In this document: in pieces, positions 10,830 to 20,519 of the stretch
Position numbering within the stretch: the stretch's first letter is position 1
Layout: each line of letters starts with the position of its first letter
Source of the DNA: an uncultured Bacilli bacterium
GTDB taxonomy: Bacteria; Bacillota_I; Bacilli_A; RF39; UBA660
Assembly: GCA_944373145.1 (NCBI GenBank)
Contig: CALWAL010000008.1
Span: forward strand, 6,358 to 70,357
Direction: 5' to 3'
Length of the DNA: 64,000 nt
Translations under genes and position numbers: made by a program
The notes under the pieces: generated by a model
Databases searched by the model: none
Seen by the model: only the letters and a program-made list of their open reading frames with translations
What the model was told of the DNA's origin: nothing

Positions 10830-13691
10830 CTATACAGAACTTGCTAAAACAGCTTCACTATAAACCAATATTCCTAAAAATTCATTTGGATGAACATAAT
10901 CTATCATATAATTACTATAATCTTTATCCTCAAAAAAGTCACGAAGATATGGATTAGGATTAATGTATAAAAATTCATTTTCGATAGAATATTGTTTTAA
11001 AGCTTCACTATATTCATCAATCATCGCATCTTTTTCAGCTGGAGGAAGTTTAGAAATTTGATCATTATCTAAAGTCATCCAAGGCGCTATTAAAACTATT
11101 TTAGCATCTTCATTTGATTGATTGATTAATTTAATAATTTTTTCAATATTTTCGATATATTGTTCGCTTGTCATTGCGCAATTCTTTTTATTGCGATAAC
11201 GGACATCATTAGTTCCAAGCGCTATAACGTAAACATCACTGTTTGACTTTAATATTTCTTTTTCATAAGTGTTTAACATTAACAAAGTCGTATAACTTCC
11301 TTTAGAAATATTAGTAATTTTCTTATCTCTAAAACCACTCATTAATGGTAAATACCACGGTTGCAAATTATTTTTAGTTCCTTCTGTAATACTATCACCT
11401 ATAAAAGTAACAGAATTAGCTTCATTAATAAGCTGATATAATTGATTATCTTGATATTTAGTATTCAACTCCCATAAAGGAGTCATATTTTTATAAAAAT
11501 CATTTTCTATAAAATAATACTCTTTACGATTATCATCAAATGTAACTTTTTGATTAATCATTACATCAAGCACAAGATTTTTAACTTCACTAACTCTTAA
11601 CATTTCGTCTGCTGAAAGTTCTTCATATAAATCTTTATTGTTAATAATGTCATAAATAGGCAAAGCCCTAAAATAACCTTTTTTCATCTCCTGTGTATAC
11701 ATTGGGACAATACTTGATGCTACAACCTTCTTTGACGTTTTATCAATATATATGTTGGCAATTGCAGTAGCATCTCCATCATAATAATTATAAGAATTAG
11801 CAAAATTACCTGGGCAATTTATTACTAATGTACTGTCAATATATTCAATTGGTTGAACCGCATGTGCATGATCTCCTAAAATAATATCGGCTCCTAGCTC
11901 AGCAAATTTTTTATTCCATTTATCTTGAAAATCATTAGTTGTATGTTTAAATTGTGTTCCCATATGAGCCATAACAATAATTAAATCAACTTTTGCATCT
12001 TTAGCTTGTTCAAAATCTTCTTCAATTTCTTCAACTAATTCATCATAATATTTATTATCTTCTTTTGGTATAATTGATGTAATGTAAGGCAGCTCCTCAT
12101 TTAATGCTTCGTTATTATAATAATTAACACTGGATGCATAAGACAAAATAGCAATCTTTACTCCATCAACATCTACAACTGATAAAGTATCTTTTTCTTT
12201 TTCATCACGATATGAACCACTATGATCTAACCCTACTTTGTCTAAAACATCTAAAGTGCGAATAGCTCCTTTCTCACCGCAATCTAATAAATGATTATTA
12301 GCGGTAGTTACATAGTCAATACCTGACCATTTGACAGCTTCAGCAAATTCATCAGGAAAATTTAAATATAACTTAATGCCATCACCATAATTACTTGTAG
12401 AATATGGCCTATCAGTACCGGCAGATGGTCCCTCAAAAACTCCAATTGCATAATCAGCATCTTCAAAATAAGGTTTAACGTACTCAAACATTGGTTTAAA
12501 ATCATACTTTCCTGTTTCATCATCATAAGCGCTTGTAACCTGATTTTTCAGTAAAATTAAATCACCAACATATGAAATCTTAATGAAGTTATCTTTTTCT
12601 TCATTGATAATAACTTCTTCATTTGATACTAATTCTTGAACACTATCATAAAATATTTTTATAGGTTTAAGTGCTAAAAGCATAACAAAGCAAAATACTA
12701 AAATACTTTTAGCAATATTTTTAGTCATCACTAATTCAACTCCCTTATCAAAAATACTATTAACAATATTATTTAACTTATTTGTACTAAAAATGAAACA
12801 TAAAACAATAGAAGCTATAAAGCTATAAATAATAAAAATTCCACTATAGTCTGATGAAGTAAAAATATTATAAAAAATAATTGTTATAAAGCGGTGCACC
12901 AAATAAATTAATAAAGAATTACGACCAATTTTTGTTAAAATAGGAACTTCATTTTGAAAAACGGTAAATAACATACCTAAAATAGCCATTGTAGCTACGA
13001 TAAATATAATAATACGATATATTACTTCATAAGCATGTTGATAAGTACCCATTAATAGCATAGACAATGTAAATGGATTATTGTTGTGAATAACCATAAT
13101 TATACATAAACTAATTAAAGCAATCAATATAAAGTAAATAATAGATTTTTTTATTGTTCTTTTACTTAGTAAATTATCAAGCATAGCTTTTTCAAATTTA
13201 TACCCCATTAAAAAAAATGGGAAAAATGCAACTGTTCTTCTAATAGATAATAAATTTGGAAATGACCAATATCCTAATAACAATGAAATTATTATCGATA
13301 ATGGTAAAATACCTTTAATTTTTGATAACGGCTTAATACTAATACGCCAAAAAATTAGTGATAGTATATACCAATAAGAATTATATGGCGTCAATAAATC
13401 TAAAGATGTTCCTTTATAAATATTTAAGAAAAACATCATACCAAAATTAAATACTAGATAATAAAATAATAATTTTAATAATGACTTAGGTGAATTAGTG
13501 TTTTTTGATTTACTAAAATATCCAGATACAAAAATAAAAGCTGGCATATGAAACATATATATAAATGTAAACAAAGTATTTGCCCAACTACCGTCACATT
13601 TAGTAGCATAAGAATATATAAAATGACCAAATACAACTAAAAAAATTAAGATACCTTTATAATTATCCCAAAAAGCACTTCTTTTGCTCAT
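10830..13691 (-). CDS. Acyltransferase-3 / CapA metallophosphatase-like / SGNH hydrolase fusion
   Basis: WDNYKGILIFLVVFGH, FHMPAFIFVSGYFSK plus ~10 TM; VGDLIL, TANNHLLDCG, HMGTQ, GDHAHAVQP; FIGDSITEG, LGTND, DYVHP. Confidence 0.8.
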   Translation of the reverse strand: MSKRSAFWDNYKGILIFLVVFGHFIYSYATKCDGSWANTLFTFIYMFHMPAFIFVSGYFSKSKNTNSPKSLLKLLFYYLVFNFGMMFFLNIYKGTSLDLLTPYNSYWYILSLIFWRISIKPLSKIKGILPLSIIISLLLGYWSFPNLLSIRRTVAFFPFFLMGYKFEKAMLDNLLSKRTIKKSIIYFILIALISLCIIMVIHNNNPFTLSMLLMGTYQHAYEVIYRIIIFIVATMAILGMLFTVFQNEVPILTKIGRNSLLIYLVHRFITIIFYNIFTSSDYSGIFIIYSFIASIVLCFIFSTNKLNNIVNSIFDKGVELVMTKNIAKSILVFCFVMLLALKPIKIFYDSVQELVSNEEVIINEEKDNFIKISYVGDLILLKNQVTSAYDDETGKYDFKPMFEYVKPYFEDADYAIGVFEGPSAGTDRPYSTSNYGDGIKLYLNFPDEFAEAVKWSGIDYVTTANNHLLDCGEKGAIRTLDVLDKVGLDHSGSYRDEKEKDTLSVVDVDGVKIAILSYASSVNYYNNEALNEELPYITSIIPKEDNKYYDELVEEIEEDFEQAKDAKVDLIIVMAHMGTQFKHTTNDFQDKWNKKFAELGADIILGDHAHAVQPIEYIDSTLVINCPGNFANSYNYYDGDATAIANIYIDKTSKKVVASSIVPMYTQEMKKGYFRALPIYDIINNKDLYEELSADEMLRVSEVKNLVLDVMINQKVTFDDNRKEYYFIENDFYKNMTPLWELNTKYQDNQLYQLINEANSVTFIGDSITEGTKNNLQPWYLPLMSGFRDKKITNISKGSYTTLLMLNTYEKEILKSNSDVYVIALGTNDVRYRNKKNCAMTSEQYIENIEKIIKLINQSNEDAKIVLIAPWMTLDNDQISKLPPAEKDAMIDEYSEALKQYSIENEFLYINPNPYLRDFFEDKDYSNYMIDYVHPNEFLGILVYSEAVLASSV

Positions 13692-13750
13692 AATATTACT
13701 CCCTCTATATACATAAATTATATTATATCATAAATAATAAAAAAAGATAG

Positions 13751-14359
13751 TTAAACTATCTCTTCTACAAAACTATTAACAATTAGTTTTTTATGGCAAA
13801 TAACTTCATATACATACATTATACTAACCAAAATTGAGCCAATAAAAGCTACTAACATATCTTGCATCGTATCATTAACGCCAGTTAAGGCTACTCTTTG
13901 TGCATCACCACCGAAAAATATATTAGCAATATATTCAAAAAATTCCCATAAGCTAGCAACAGCTAAAGTAATTGATATCATCCAAATAATATTGAAAGCA
14001 ATTTTATGTTCTTCATACATATCTAAGTATTTTAAAACAGAAAGACTCAAAAGAGCCGTTAAAATGCCAGATAACCAGTGCGTAAATTTATCAAAATATG
14101 CCCATTCATTATAAAGTTCAATAGTTACACCTAAAAACTGAGCTAAGAAAACAAATAGGATATAAAACGTTTTTATTCCTAATGGTATTTTTTTTCTTAA
14201 AATAAATTCAATAAGATAAGGGAGTGTAATAGTAATAATAATTGAGCTATCTTTTAAAATTAAACCTAATTGATTATCTCTAGTCAATACTAAATAATAA
14301 CTACCTAAAATGGCACTTATAACCAATACATAATTAGTTATCATCACTATTTTCTTCAT
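13751..14359 (-). CDS. Integral membrane protein (DUF2238-like)
   Basis: FDKFTHWLSG, LWEFFEY, DTMQDML motifs with several TM helices. Confidence 0.6.
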   Translation of the reverse strand: MKKIVMITNYVLVISAILGSYYLVLTRDNQLGLILKDSSIIITITLPYLIEFILRKKIPLGIKTFYILFVFLAQFLGVTIELYNEWAYFDKFTHWLSGILTALLSLSVLKYLDMYEEHKIAFNIIWMISITLAVASLWEFFEYIANIFFGGDAQRVALTGVNDTMQDMLVAFIGSILVSIMYVYEVICHKKLIVNSFVEEIV

Positions 14360-15428
14360 AGTCTAATCTCCCTATTTCTACTTGATTGATACTATTAAAT
14401 CTTTTTGTTATTTTGTCGGTAGTTGTATGAATATCTTTAACATCTTTGCTGACAGTTTCTATACTACGGTATAATTTATCCCAACGATCTTTGTATCTTG
14501 AAAATTCCGTATCTAACAATTGCAATTCCTTATGAATAATTTGAGCATATTTATCACGTTCCATATTTTTAATTATTAATTGAATAGTTGTTAATGTACT
14601 TATTAATGTCGTTGGAGATGTTAACCATACCCTTTTTTTATAAGCATAATCTAAAAGCTCCGTGTGATAAGCATTAACTTCAGCAAATATTGCTTCAGCT
14701 GGTAAAAATAAAATAGCTTGATCTGCTGTGACACCCGGAATAATATATTTAGAACTAATCGCATCAATATGTTTCTTCATATCAATTTTAAATAACTTTT
14801 CAGCACTAGCTCGCTCACTTATACTGTTATCTTTATTAACCATTGTTTGATAGTTTTCTAATGGAAATTTTGAATCAATAGCTATTGTTCCGAGCGGTTC
14901 TGGTGCAAATAGAACACAGTCAGCTATTGTTCCATTTTCAAATGTATGTTGCATTTCATATATTGTCTTATTATTAGGGCCAAAAATATTAGTCATTATA
15001 TGTTCCAAATTAACCTCGCCAAAAATACCGCGTGTTTTTTTATCAGTTAAAATACCTTGCAAAGACACAATATCACTTGATAAATTATCAATTTTTTTCT
15101 GGGCTTCATCAATTTTTGATAAACGTTCTAAAACTGACGTAAATGTTTTATTTGTCTTTTCAAAATTTTCGTCTAATCGCTCATTTACTTTATCACTAAT
15201 AAGGTTTAGTCTTCTATCAATTTTATCGTTCATGACATTAAAATCATCATTAATTACACGACTAAAATCATTTTTAAAATCACCAATCTCACGAACTAAT
15301 GTTGTTTCTAATTTACTAAGCTGTTCAGTTGTTCGATTAGCCTCATTATTTTTTAAAATAACTAATACCAAAATAATAATATTAACAATTACTCCTAGTA
15401 TAATCATACTTAATAATATATATTCCAT
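14334..15428 (-). CDS. rmuC: DNA recombination protein RmuC
   Basis: KTRGIFGEVNL, IAIDSKFPLENY, LFLPAEAIFAE, WLTSPTTL; GAGGTGG RBS gives ATG at 15428. Confidence 0.92.
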   Translation of the reverse strand: MEYILLSMIILGVIVNIIILVLVILKNNEANRTTEQLSKLETTLVREIGDFKNDFSRVINDDFNVMNDKIDRRLNLISDKVNERLDENFEKTNKTFTSVLERLSKIDEAQKKIDNLSSDIVSLQGILTDKKTRGIFGEVNLEHIMTNIFGPNNKTIYEMQHTFENGTIADCVLFAPEPLGTIAIDSKFPLENYQTMVNKDNSISERASAEKLFKIDMKKHIDAISSKYIIPGVTADQAILFLPAEAIFAEVNAYHTELLDYAYKKRVWLTSPTTLISTLTTIQLIIKNMERDKYAQIIHKELQLLDTEFSRYKDRWDKLYRSIETVSKDVKDIHTTTDKITKRFNSINQVEIGRLDYEENSDDN

Positions 15429-15523
15429 ATTCCACCTCATTATCAGTTTAATTATATCATTTATAATATTTTTTTACCATAAAAAAAGAAAACGTATTTG
15501 CTTTCCTTTTTATATTATTAATT

Positions 15524-17698
15524 TTAATCATCACCAAAGAAATCATCAAAAAATTGGTCATCGCTAACGCTATTATTAGTTTGACTATTAATTGGTTGTC
15601 TAGGTAGAGGTTTAGCTGCCAAATTTACAGACTCTTTCTTTTTAGAACTCAATTCCGTTTTTTTATCTTCAGTTAATGGTGGAACTTCAACTTTAGGTAT
15701 AGATTCCAACTTAGCTGATTTTTCTTTTTCACGTTTTTCTTCCTCTTCTAATTCCGCGATTTTAGCATCAATGCGTTTTACTAAATCTTCAACATTTATA
15801 CCACCATTACGCTGTGATTGCGGTTTTTTAGGAACTTGATTGTTATTCATTGTAGCTTTAGGTAGAGGTTTAGAAGAAAATGGATTACTAGGAGTTCCAG
15901 CACCAAATGGTACCGGCGGAATATTGGCTGTATTCCCACCAATTGGTGCACTAGGAATACCAGCTCCACCTAATAAATTATTTAATTTTTCTTCTCTTTT
16001 CTTTTCAACAAATGATTTTAAATTAAATATTTGCACAGGAATTTCTTCTCGTTGTGGATAATTTGCCTTTGGAAAATTATGCCCCCAGTTCATTTTAAAA
16101 TTTGGTGTTAATTTTGTTTTAAATGGCATAGTACGAATTCTTAAAATAATTGTTTCCCATTGTTGCATACGTTGTAAATCGCTAACAGTAACTAATGGCG
16201 TTGAAGAAGTCTTTTCTTTTTCTTTTGATTTAACTTCTCCACACATTTTACTTATTTCTTCAAGTGCACTTAATTCGGTACTTATTAAATAAACAATATT
16301 ACCACAGTTACCTTTTATTGTTTCACCATTTTCTTTACCATAGACTTCATATAATTGTGCAAAGTTTTGAATGATAAATGTAAATCTAATATTTCTTGAA
16401 CGTGCAGCAGTTACCATGGTTGTAACATCTTTTAACGGTGGCATATTAGCAAACTCATCAAGGATAAAATTAGTACGATGAGGTAATTTACCACCAGATT
16501 CTTGCGCTACCGAAATCAATGTTTCATAACATTGTTTTAAGAATATTGTTACAAGGGTATGATAGGTTGTCTTTTCATCTTGAATAACAATAAATACAGC
16601 GGTCTTTTTTCGACCAATATCTCGCATATCAAAATCATTATTTGCTAACATTTCAGATAAGTTTGTACGGGAAGCAAATAATTGAACTCTCTGTTTAAAC
16701 ACAGAAAGAATTGAACCTTTAGTCTCATTAGGAGCCATCAAAGTTGAGGAAGCTTTAATATACGCAGTACTAGCAGGATCTTTAAATGAAAAATATTCTT
16801 TTATATAAGTTGTATTAGCGAGTTTTTCTTCGCCAACTGTCGTCATTAAATTAATACTATTTAAATTTATTTGGTTTGGATCACCATCTTCGAAAAGGGC
16901 AAAAGATAAACCAGCAAAATAATCAGCAGAAGTATTTTCCCAGAATGGATCTTGACCTTTAGCTGATGGGTCTTTTAAGATGTTAGCGGCTAAGTCCTCC
17001 AATAACTCAATCGATTTATCAATTTTATGATCTTTATATAATGAATAAGGTAAATACATTGGATTCCAACTATTACCTTGCTGCGGATCACGGAAGTTTA
17101 ATAAAACAATATTATAACCCAAGCTTCGTAAATAATTAGATGTTTGTTCATAAATTTCACCTTTAGGGTCAGTAATTATCATTGATTCATCGTGTTTAGC
17201 TAGTAAGTTAACCATTGGCAATACTGTTGTCTGTGTTTTACCTGCACCAGTAGAACCAATAACTAAATTATGATATCCGCCATTATCAACCCAAACTTTT
17301 TTAGGATTCATAATAAGGGGAATTCCCGCAGCTTCCGTTTTAGAAGCTAATGGATCAATGGCTACAACATCTAACCCTTCATGTATTTCTTTTTCTTTTG
17401 CCCATCTAGCATAATTCTTTTCTTTTTTTCCACCAATTTGAAAACCAATTCCTTCCTCTCGCTCAATAAACCAAGATTGAACACTTAAAAACATCGCTAT
17501 AATTGCTATAAAAAATAGCATTAAAGTAAGTGGAAGATATTGTGTTAATGCTGGTAAAAAATTTAATCCAGTAAATTCTCCTTCAGATAAAAATAAACCA
17601 ACATTAGAAATTGCCAAACAAATTAATAAGAATAAAATTAATGAAAATGCTAGAAAAATACCAACATCTTTCGGTTCAGCTCTAAATTTCATTTTCAT
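15524..17698 (-). CDS. VirD4/TraG-like type IV coupling protein
   Basis: Two N-terminal TM, HNLVIGSTGAGKT, IITDPKGE, DPFWEN, FILDEFANMP, ARSRNI, QNFAQL. Confidence 0.92.
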   Translation of the reverse strand: MKMKFRAEPKDVGIFLAFSLILFLLICLAISNVGLFLSEGEFTGLNFLPALTQYLPLTLMLFFIAIIAMFLSVQSWFIEREEGIGFQIGGKKEKNYARWAKEKEIHEGLDVVAIDPLASKTEAAGIPLIMNPKKVWVDNGGYHNLVIGSTGAGKTQTTVLPMVNLLAKHDESMIITDPKGEIYEQTSNYLRSLGYNIVLLNFRDPQQGNSWNPMYLPYSLYKDHKIDKSIELLEDLAANILKDPSAKGQDPFWENTSADYFAGLSFALFEDGDPNQINLNSINLMTTVGEEKLANTTYIKEYFSFKDPASTAYIKASSTLMAPNETKGSILSVFKQRVQLFASRTNLSEMLANNDFDMRDIGRKKTAVFIVIQDEKTTYHTLVTIFLKQCYETLISVAQESGGKLPHRTNFILDEFANMPPLKDVTTMVTAARSRNIRFTFIIQNFAQLYEVYGKENGETIKGNCGNIVYLISTELSALEEISKMCGEVKSKEKEKTSSTPLVTVSDLQRMQQWETIILRIRTMPFKTKLTPNFKMNWGHNFPKANYPQREEIPVQIFNLKSFVEKKREEKLNNLLGGAGIPSAPIGGNTANIPPVPFGAGTPSNPFSSKPLPKATMNNNQVPKKPQSQRNGGINVEDLVKRIDAKIAELEEEEKREKEKSAKLESIPKVEVPPLTEDKKTELSSKKKESVNLAAKPLPRQPINSQTNNSVSDDQFFDDFFGDD

Positions 17699-17712
17699 GA
17701 TGTTTCACCTCT

Positions 17713-18402
17713 TTAAATTTCATTTACTTGTTTTTTTGATATTATTGCCTTTGACCATATCATATAGGCAATTATAAGAACAAATACAATAATTATTCCA
17801 ACCACAATAAATTGTATTGGAATATCTTTCTTTATCTTTTTGTCAAAAGTTATAAATATTTCTTTCTCAACACCTGCCTCATTAATGTTCCACGTATAAA
17901 TACCATTTTCTTCATCAACTTCATCAGCATTATGACTTTTAACGTTATGAGGTAATTTAATTTTAATTACACTTGTATCTATTAAATATTTACCACTTTG
18001 ATCTTGTTCATTGTTTGATAACATGCCTTTGATAGTAAGAGTTATCTCTCCATCATTTTCTATATATTGTAAATCGCCGTATTGCTCATATATTTTAGAA
18101 GTTTCAATATATTCTTCAATAGAGTCATATGAATTTGAAAGTATAATTCCAGCTTCTTCTTCATTTTTAACATTAGAAATAGTAAAACCATTATCATTTA
18201 AATATTCTAAGTAAGGTTCTACTAAAAATCCAATTACGGTTTCAACTGATGATTTTGGATATTGGTCAAAAAATTCACTATTATTAGTGGCTATTGCAGT
18301 TTCTTTAATACTTAAATCTTCTCCAATTTCAATTATATATTCTGTTGTACATCCACAACATAAGAATATCATCATTATAATCAACACTATCTTTTTCTTC
18401 AT
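17713..18402 (-). CDS. Lipoprotein with C-terminal TM anchor (paralogue of 19821..20501)
   Basis: Lipobox LCCG|C, acidic beta-rich body, GIYTWNI, C-terminal TM then KKQVNEI. Confidence 0.6.
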   Translation of the reverse strand: MKKKIVLIIMMIFLCCGCTTEYIIEIGEDLSIKETAIATNNSEFFDQYPKSSVETVIGFLVEPYLEYLNDNGFTISNVKNEEEAGIILSNSYDSIEEYIETSKIYEQYGDLQYIENDGEITLTIKGMLSNNEQDQSGKYLIDTSVIKIKLPHNVKSHNADEVDEENGIYTWNINEAGVEKEIFITFDKKIKKDIPIQFIVVGIIIVFVLIIAYMIWSKAIISKKQVNEI

Positions 18403-18410
18403 AATGCCTC

Positions 18411-19808
18411 CTATTTTGTAATAATAATAAAACCGGCTTTTTTTGCTTGTTGAACAACAGTATTAAATGAAAACCATTTTTGCTCTGTACGAGGACGACT
18501 TGCCGGATCAGCTACAGATACATAACCATCACTTCTCGTACCAGTTAATACAATAAAATGACCTCCTCTAGTAAAAATTCCAGGCCCCATAAGGGCAATT
18601 ACCAAAGAATCTCCAGTTGCTAAAGCATTAGTGACCTTTGCAACATTCCCATTTTTACCAACTGTTTCAACTTTATAACCATATGACCGAGCTATATCAG
18701 CTAATTTATCAAAATAGCTTCCTCCATTTGTACATCCACCTGCTTGGCAAGTTTGCTGCGTTACCGTCATTGGATTTATTTCACGATCTTCAAAACTTGA
18801 TAAAACAATGGCTAATGATGTTGGCCCACATCCATGACTAGCAATAGTTGCCCAATTACCGCTTGAGCCTACATATTGTGGTTCATTTACATTTGACGAA
18901 TAATAGTAATTAGGATAATCTCCTTGATTATAATACCAAATTTTACCAAACTCCGAATCAACATACTCAATATTAGCCGTATAATTTCCATCAGCTAATG
19001 TTGCTAATTCCGTTTTAGAAGTTCCATAAAATAAATCAATTATTTCTTCATAAGAATATCCTTCGTGTCCTAACCAAGCCCCAATTACTTGACTCATTCC
19101 ATTATGATGATTACTGCTAAGACTTACTCCACCAGCATGATATCCTAATGCACTTTGAATTTCATCTTTAGTCTTTGAGCCAACCCAAGTCCAAGCTGTA
19201 CTAGGATCATCACCAAATTTAACTAATTCAACGGTCCACTTACCGTTAACATCGTATGAATAATTTGAATTAGGATAAGACATATATTGTGTCAATGCCA
19301 CTTTCCCATCACGCATAACAACCATACCAGAAGTAGCTTTAGCCGCCTCTAAATATATTTGATCATTAGCATTATTTGGATCTATTTCACTAAATACTTG
19401 AAAATGTTCCCCACTATCTACGGTACAACTAGCACCGTCACTTTTTGAAGCTATTAAGAAAGAGCGAGCAGCTATAGCCTGAGCTTTCAAAAATTCTGGA
19501 TAGTCAACATAAACACCGACTTCAGCTTTCAAAACACCAGCTACATACTCATCTAATTGATATGTCTTACCATTTACAGTAACCATACTACAAACGCCAC
19601 TGTAGTTTAGTAAAGAAAAACTAGAGGAATTTTTTCCAACCACATCATAATACATATCTGCAAAAAGATATATATATTTTCTTTCACGTTTTATAGCATT
19701 CTCGTTTTCAGGATTTTGAAATTCATAAGCAGTAGCTATAGGCGTATTAGCAATTAAAATAACTACTATCATTAATAAATATAACAGTTTACTTAAAAAT
19801 TTTTTCAT
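18411..19808 (-). CDS. SpoIID/LytB lytic transglycosylase + C39-like peptidase (VirB1-like cell-wall hydrolase)
   Basis: LDEYVAGVLKAEV, LKAQAIAARSF, HNGMSQ, YEEIIDLFY; YYNQGD, GCGPTSLAIV, GGHFIVL, VADP; signal peptide; ATG at 19808 preferred over GTG at 19820. Confidence 0.8.
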   Translation of the reverse strand: MKKFLSKLLYLLMIVVILIANTPIATAYEFQNPENENAIKRERKYIYLFADMYYDVVGKNSSSFSLLNYSGVCSMVTVNGKTYQLDEYVAGVLKAEVGVYVDYPEFLKAQAIAARSFLIASKSDGASCTVDSGEHFQVFSEIDPNNANDQIYLEAAKATSGMVVMRDGKVALTQYMSYPNSNYSYDVNGKWTVELVKFGDDPSTAWTWVGSKTKDEIQSALGYHAGGVSLSSNHHNGMSQVIGAWLGHEGYSYEEIIDLFYGTSKTELATLADGNYTANIEYVDSEFGKIWYYNQGDYPNYYYSSNVNEPQYVGSSGNWATIASHGCGPTSLAIVLSSFEDREINPMTVTQQTCQAGGCTNGGSYFDKLADIARSYGYKVETVGKNGNVAKVTNALATGDSLVIALMGPGIFTRGGHFIVLTGTRSDGYVSVADPASRPRTEQKWFSFNTVVQQAKKAGFIIITK

Positions 19809-19820
19809 AACTACCACCAC

Positions 19821-20501
19821 CTAAATTTCATTAACATTTTTACGATTTGAAATTTTTGCAACAGCCACCATAGTCAATATAATAACACCTAAAATGGCAA
19901 TTGAAACAATCGCTATTGTACCATAATAAGATAATTTACTCTTTTTTAAAATTTCAATCTCAATATCTACATTATCTTTATTAGTTCCATCTATATACCA
20001 AGTAAATTTATTATCAAATATATTATAATCAATATTTGCATGATCAACTTTATTTTTAGTTGATATAACAAATTCCATGGCATCACTATTTTCACCTAAA
20101 CAATAAAACTTGCCGGTTAAATGAATTTTTATACTATCATTTTCTTCAATTATCTCTTTATTTTCAAAACAACTATTTAAAAAATTAGAATCTTCTAATT
20201 GATTTTCCAAATATTTATAATTTAATTCAACCTGCAAAATATTGCCGTCATCATTTAAATTTTTTTCAAATTTATATTTATCTTCATTATATAGAGCTTT
20301 AATATCAGAATTTTTTAAATAATCAAGAGTTGAGCTACTATAAATACCTTGATCAGGTGCTAATTCTTCTTCAACAAATTTTTCTTTATCAACAGTGAAA
20401 TTAATATTTTCTTCAATATTTTCTCCATCTATATTTAAGGTATACTGTGAAGAACAACCACTGATAAATAAAATTAATATAATCATCAAATATTTCTTCA
20501 T
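19821..20501 (-). CDS. Lipoprotein with C-terminal TM anchor (paralogue of 17713..18402)
   Basis: Lipobox FISG|C, KFTWYI, C-terminal TM then RKNVNEI. Confidence 0.6.
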   Translation of the reverse strand: MKKYLMIILILFISGCSSQYTLNIDGENIEENINFTVDKEKFVEEELAPDQGIYSSSTLDYLKNSDIKALYNEDKYKFEKNLNDDGNILQVELNYKYLENQLEDSNFLNSCFENKEIIEENDSIKIHLTGKFYCLGENSDAMEFVISTKNKVDHANIDYNIFDNKFTWYIDGTNKDNVDIEIEILKKSKLSYYGTIAIVSIAILGVIILTMVAVAKISNRKNVNEI

Positions 20502-20519
20502 ATTATCACCATAACCTTA

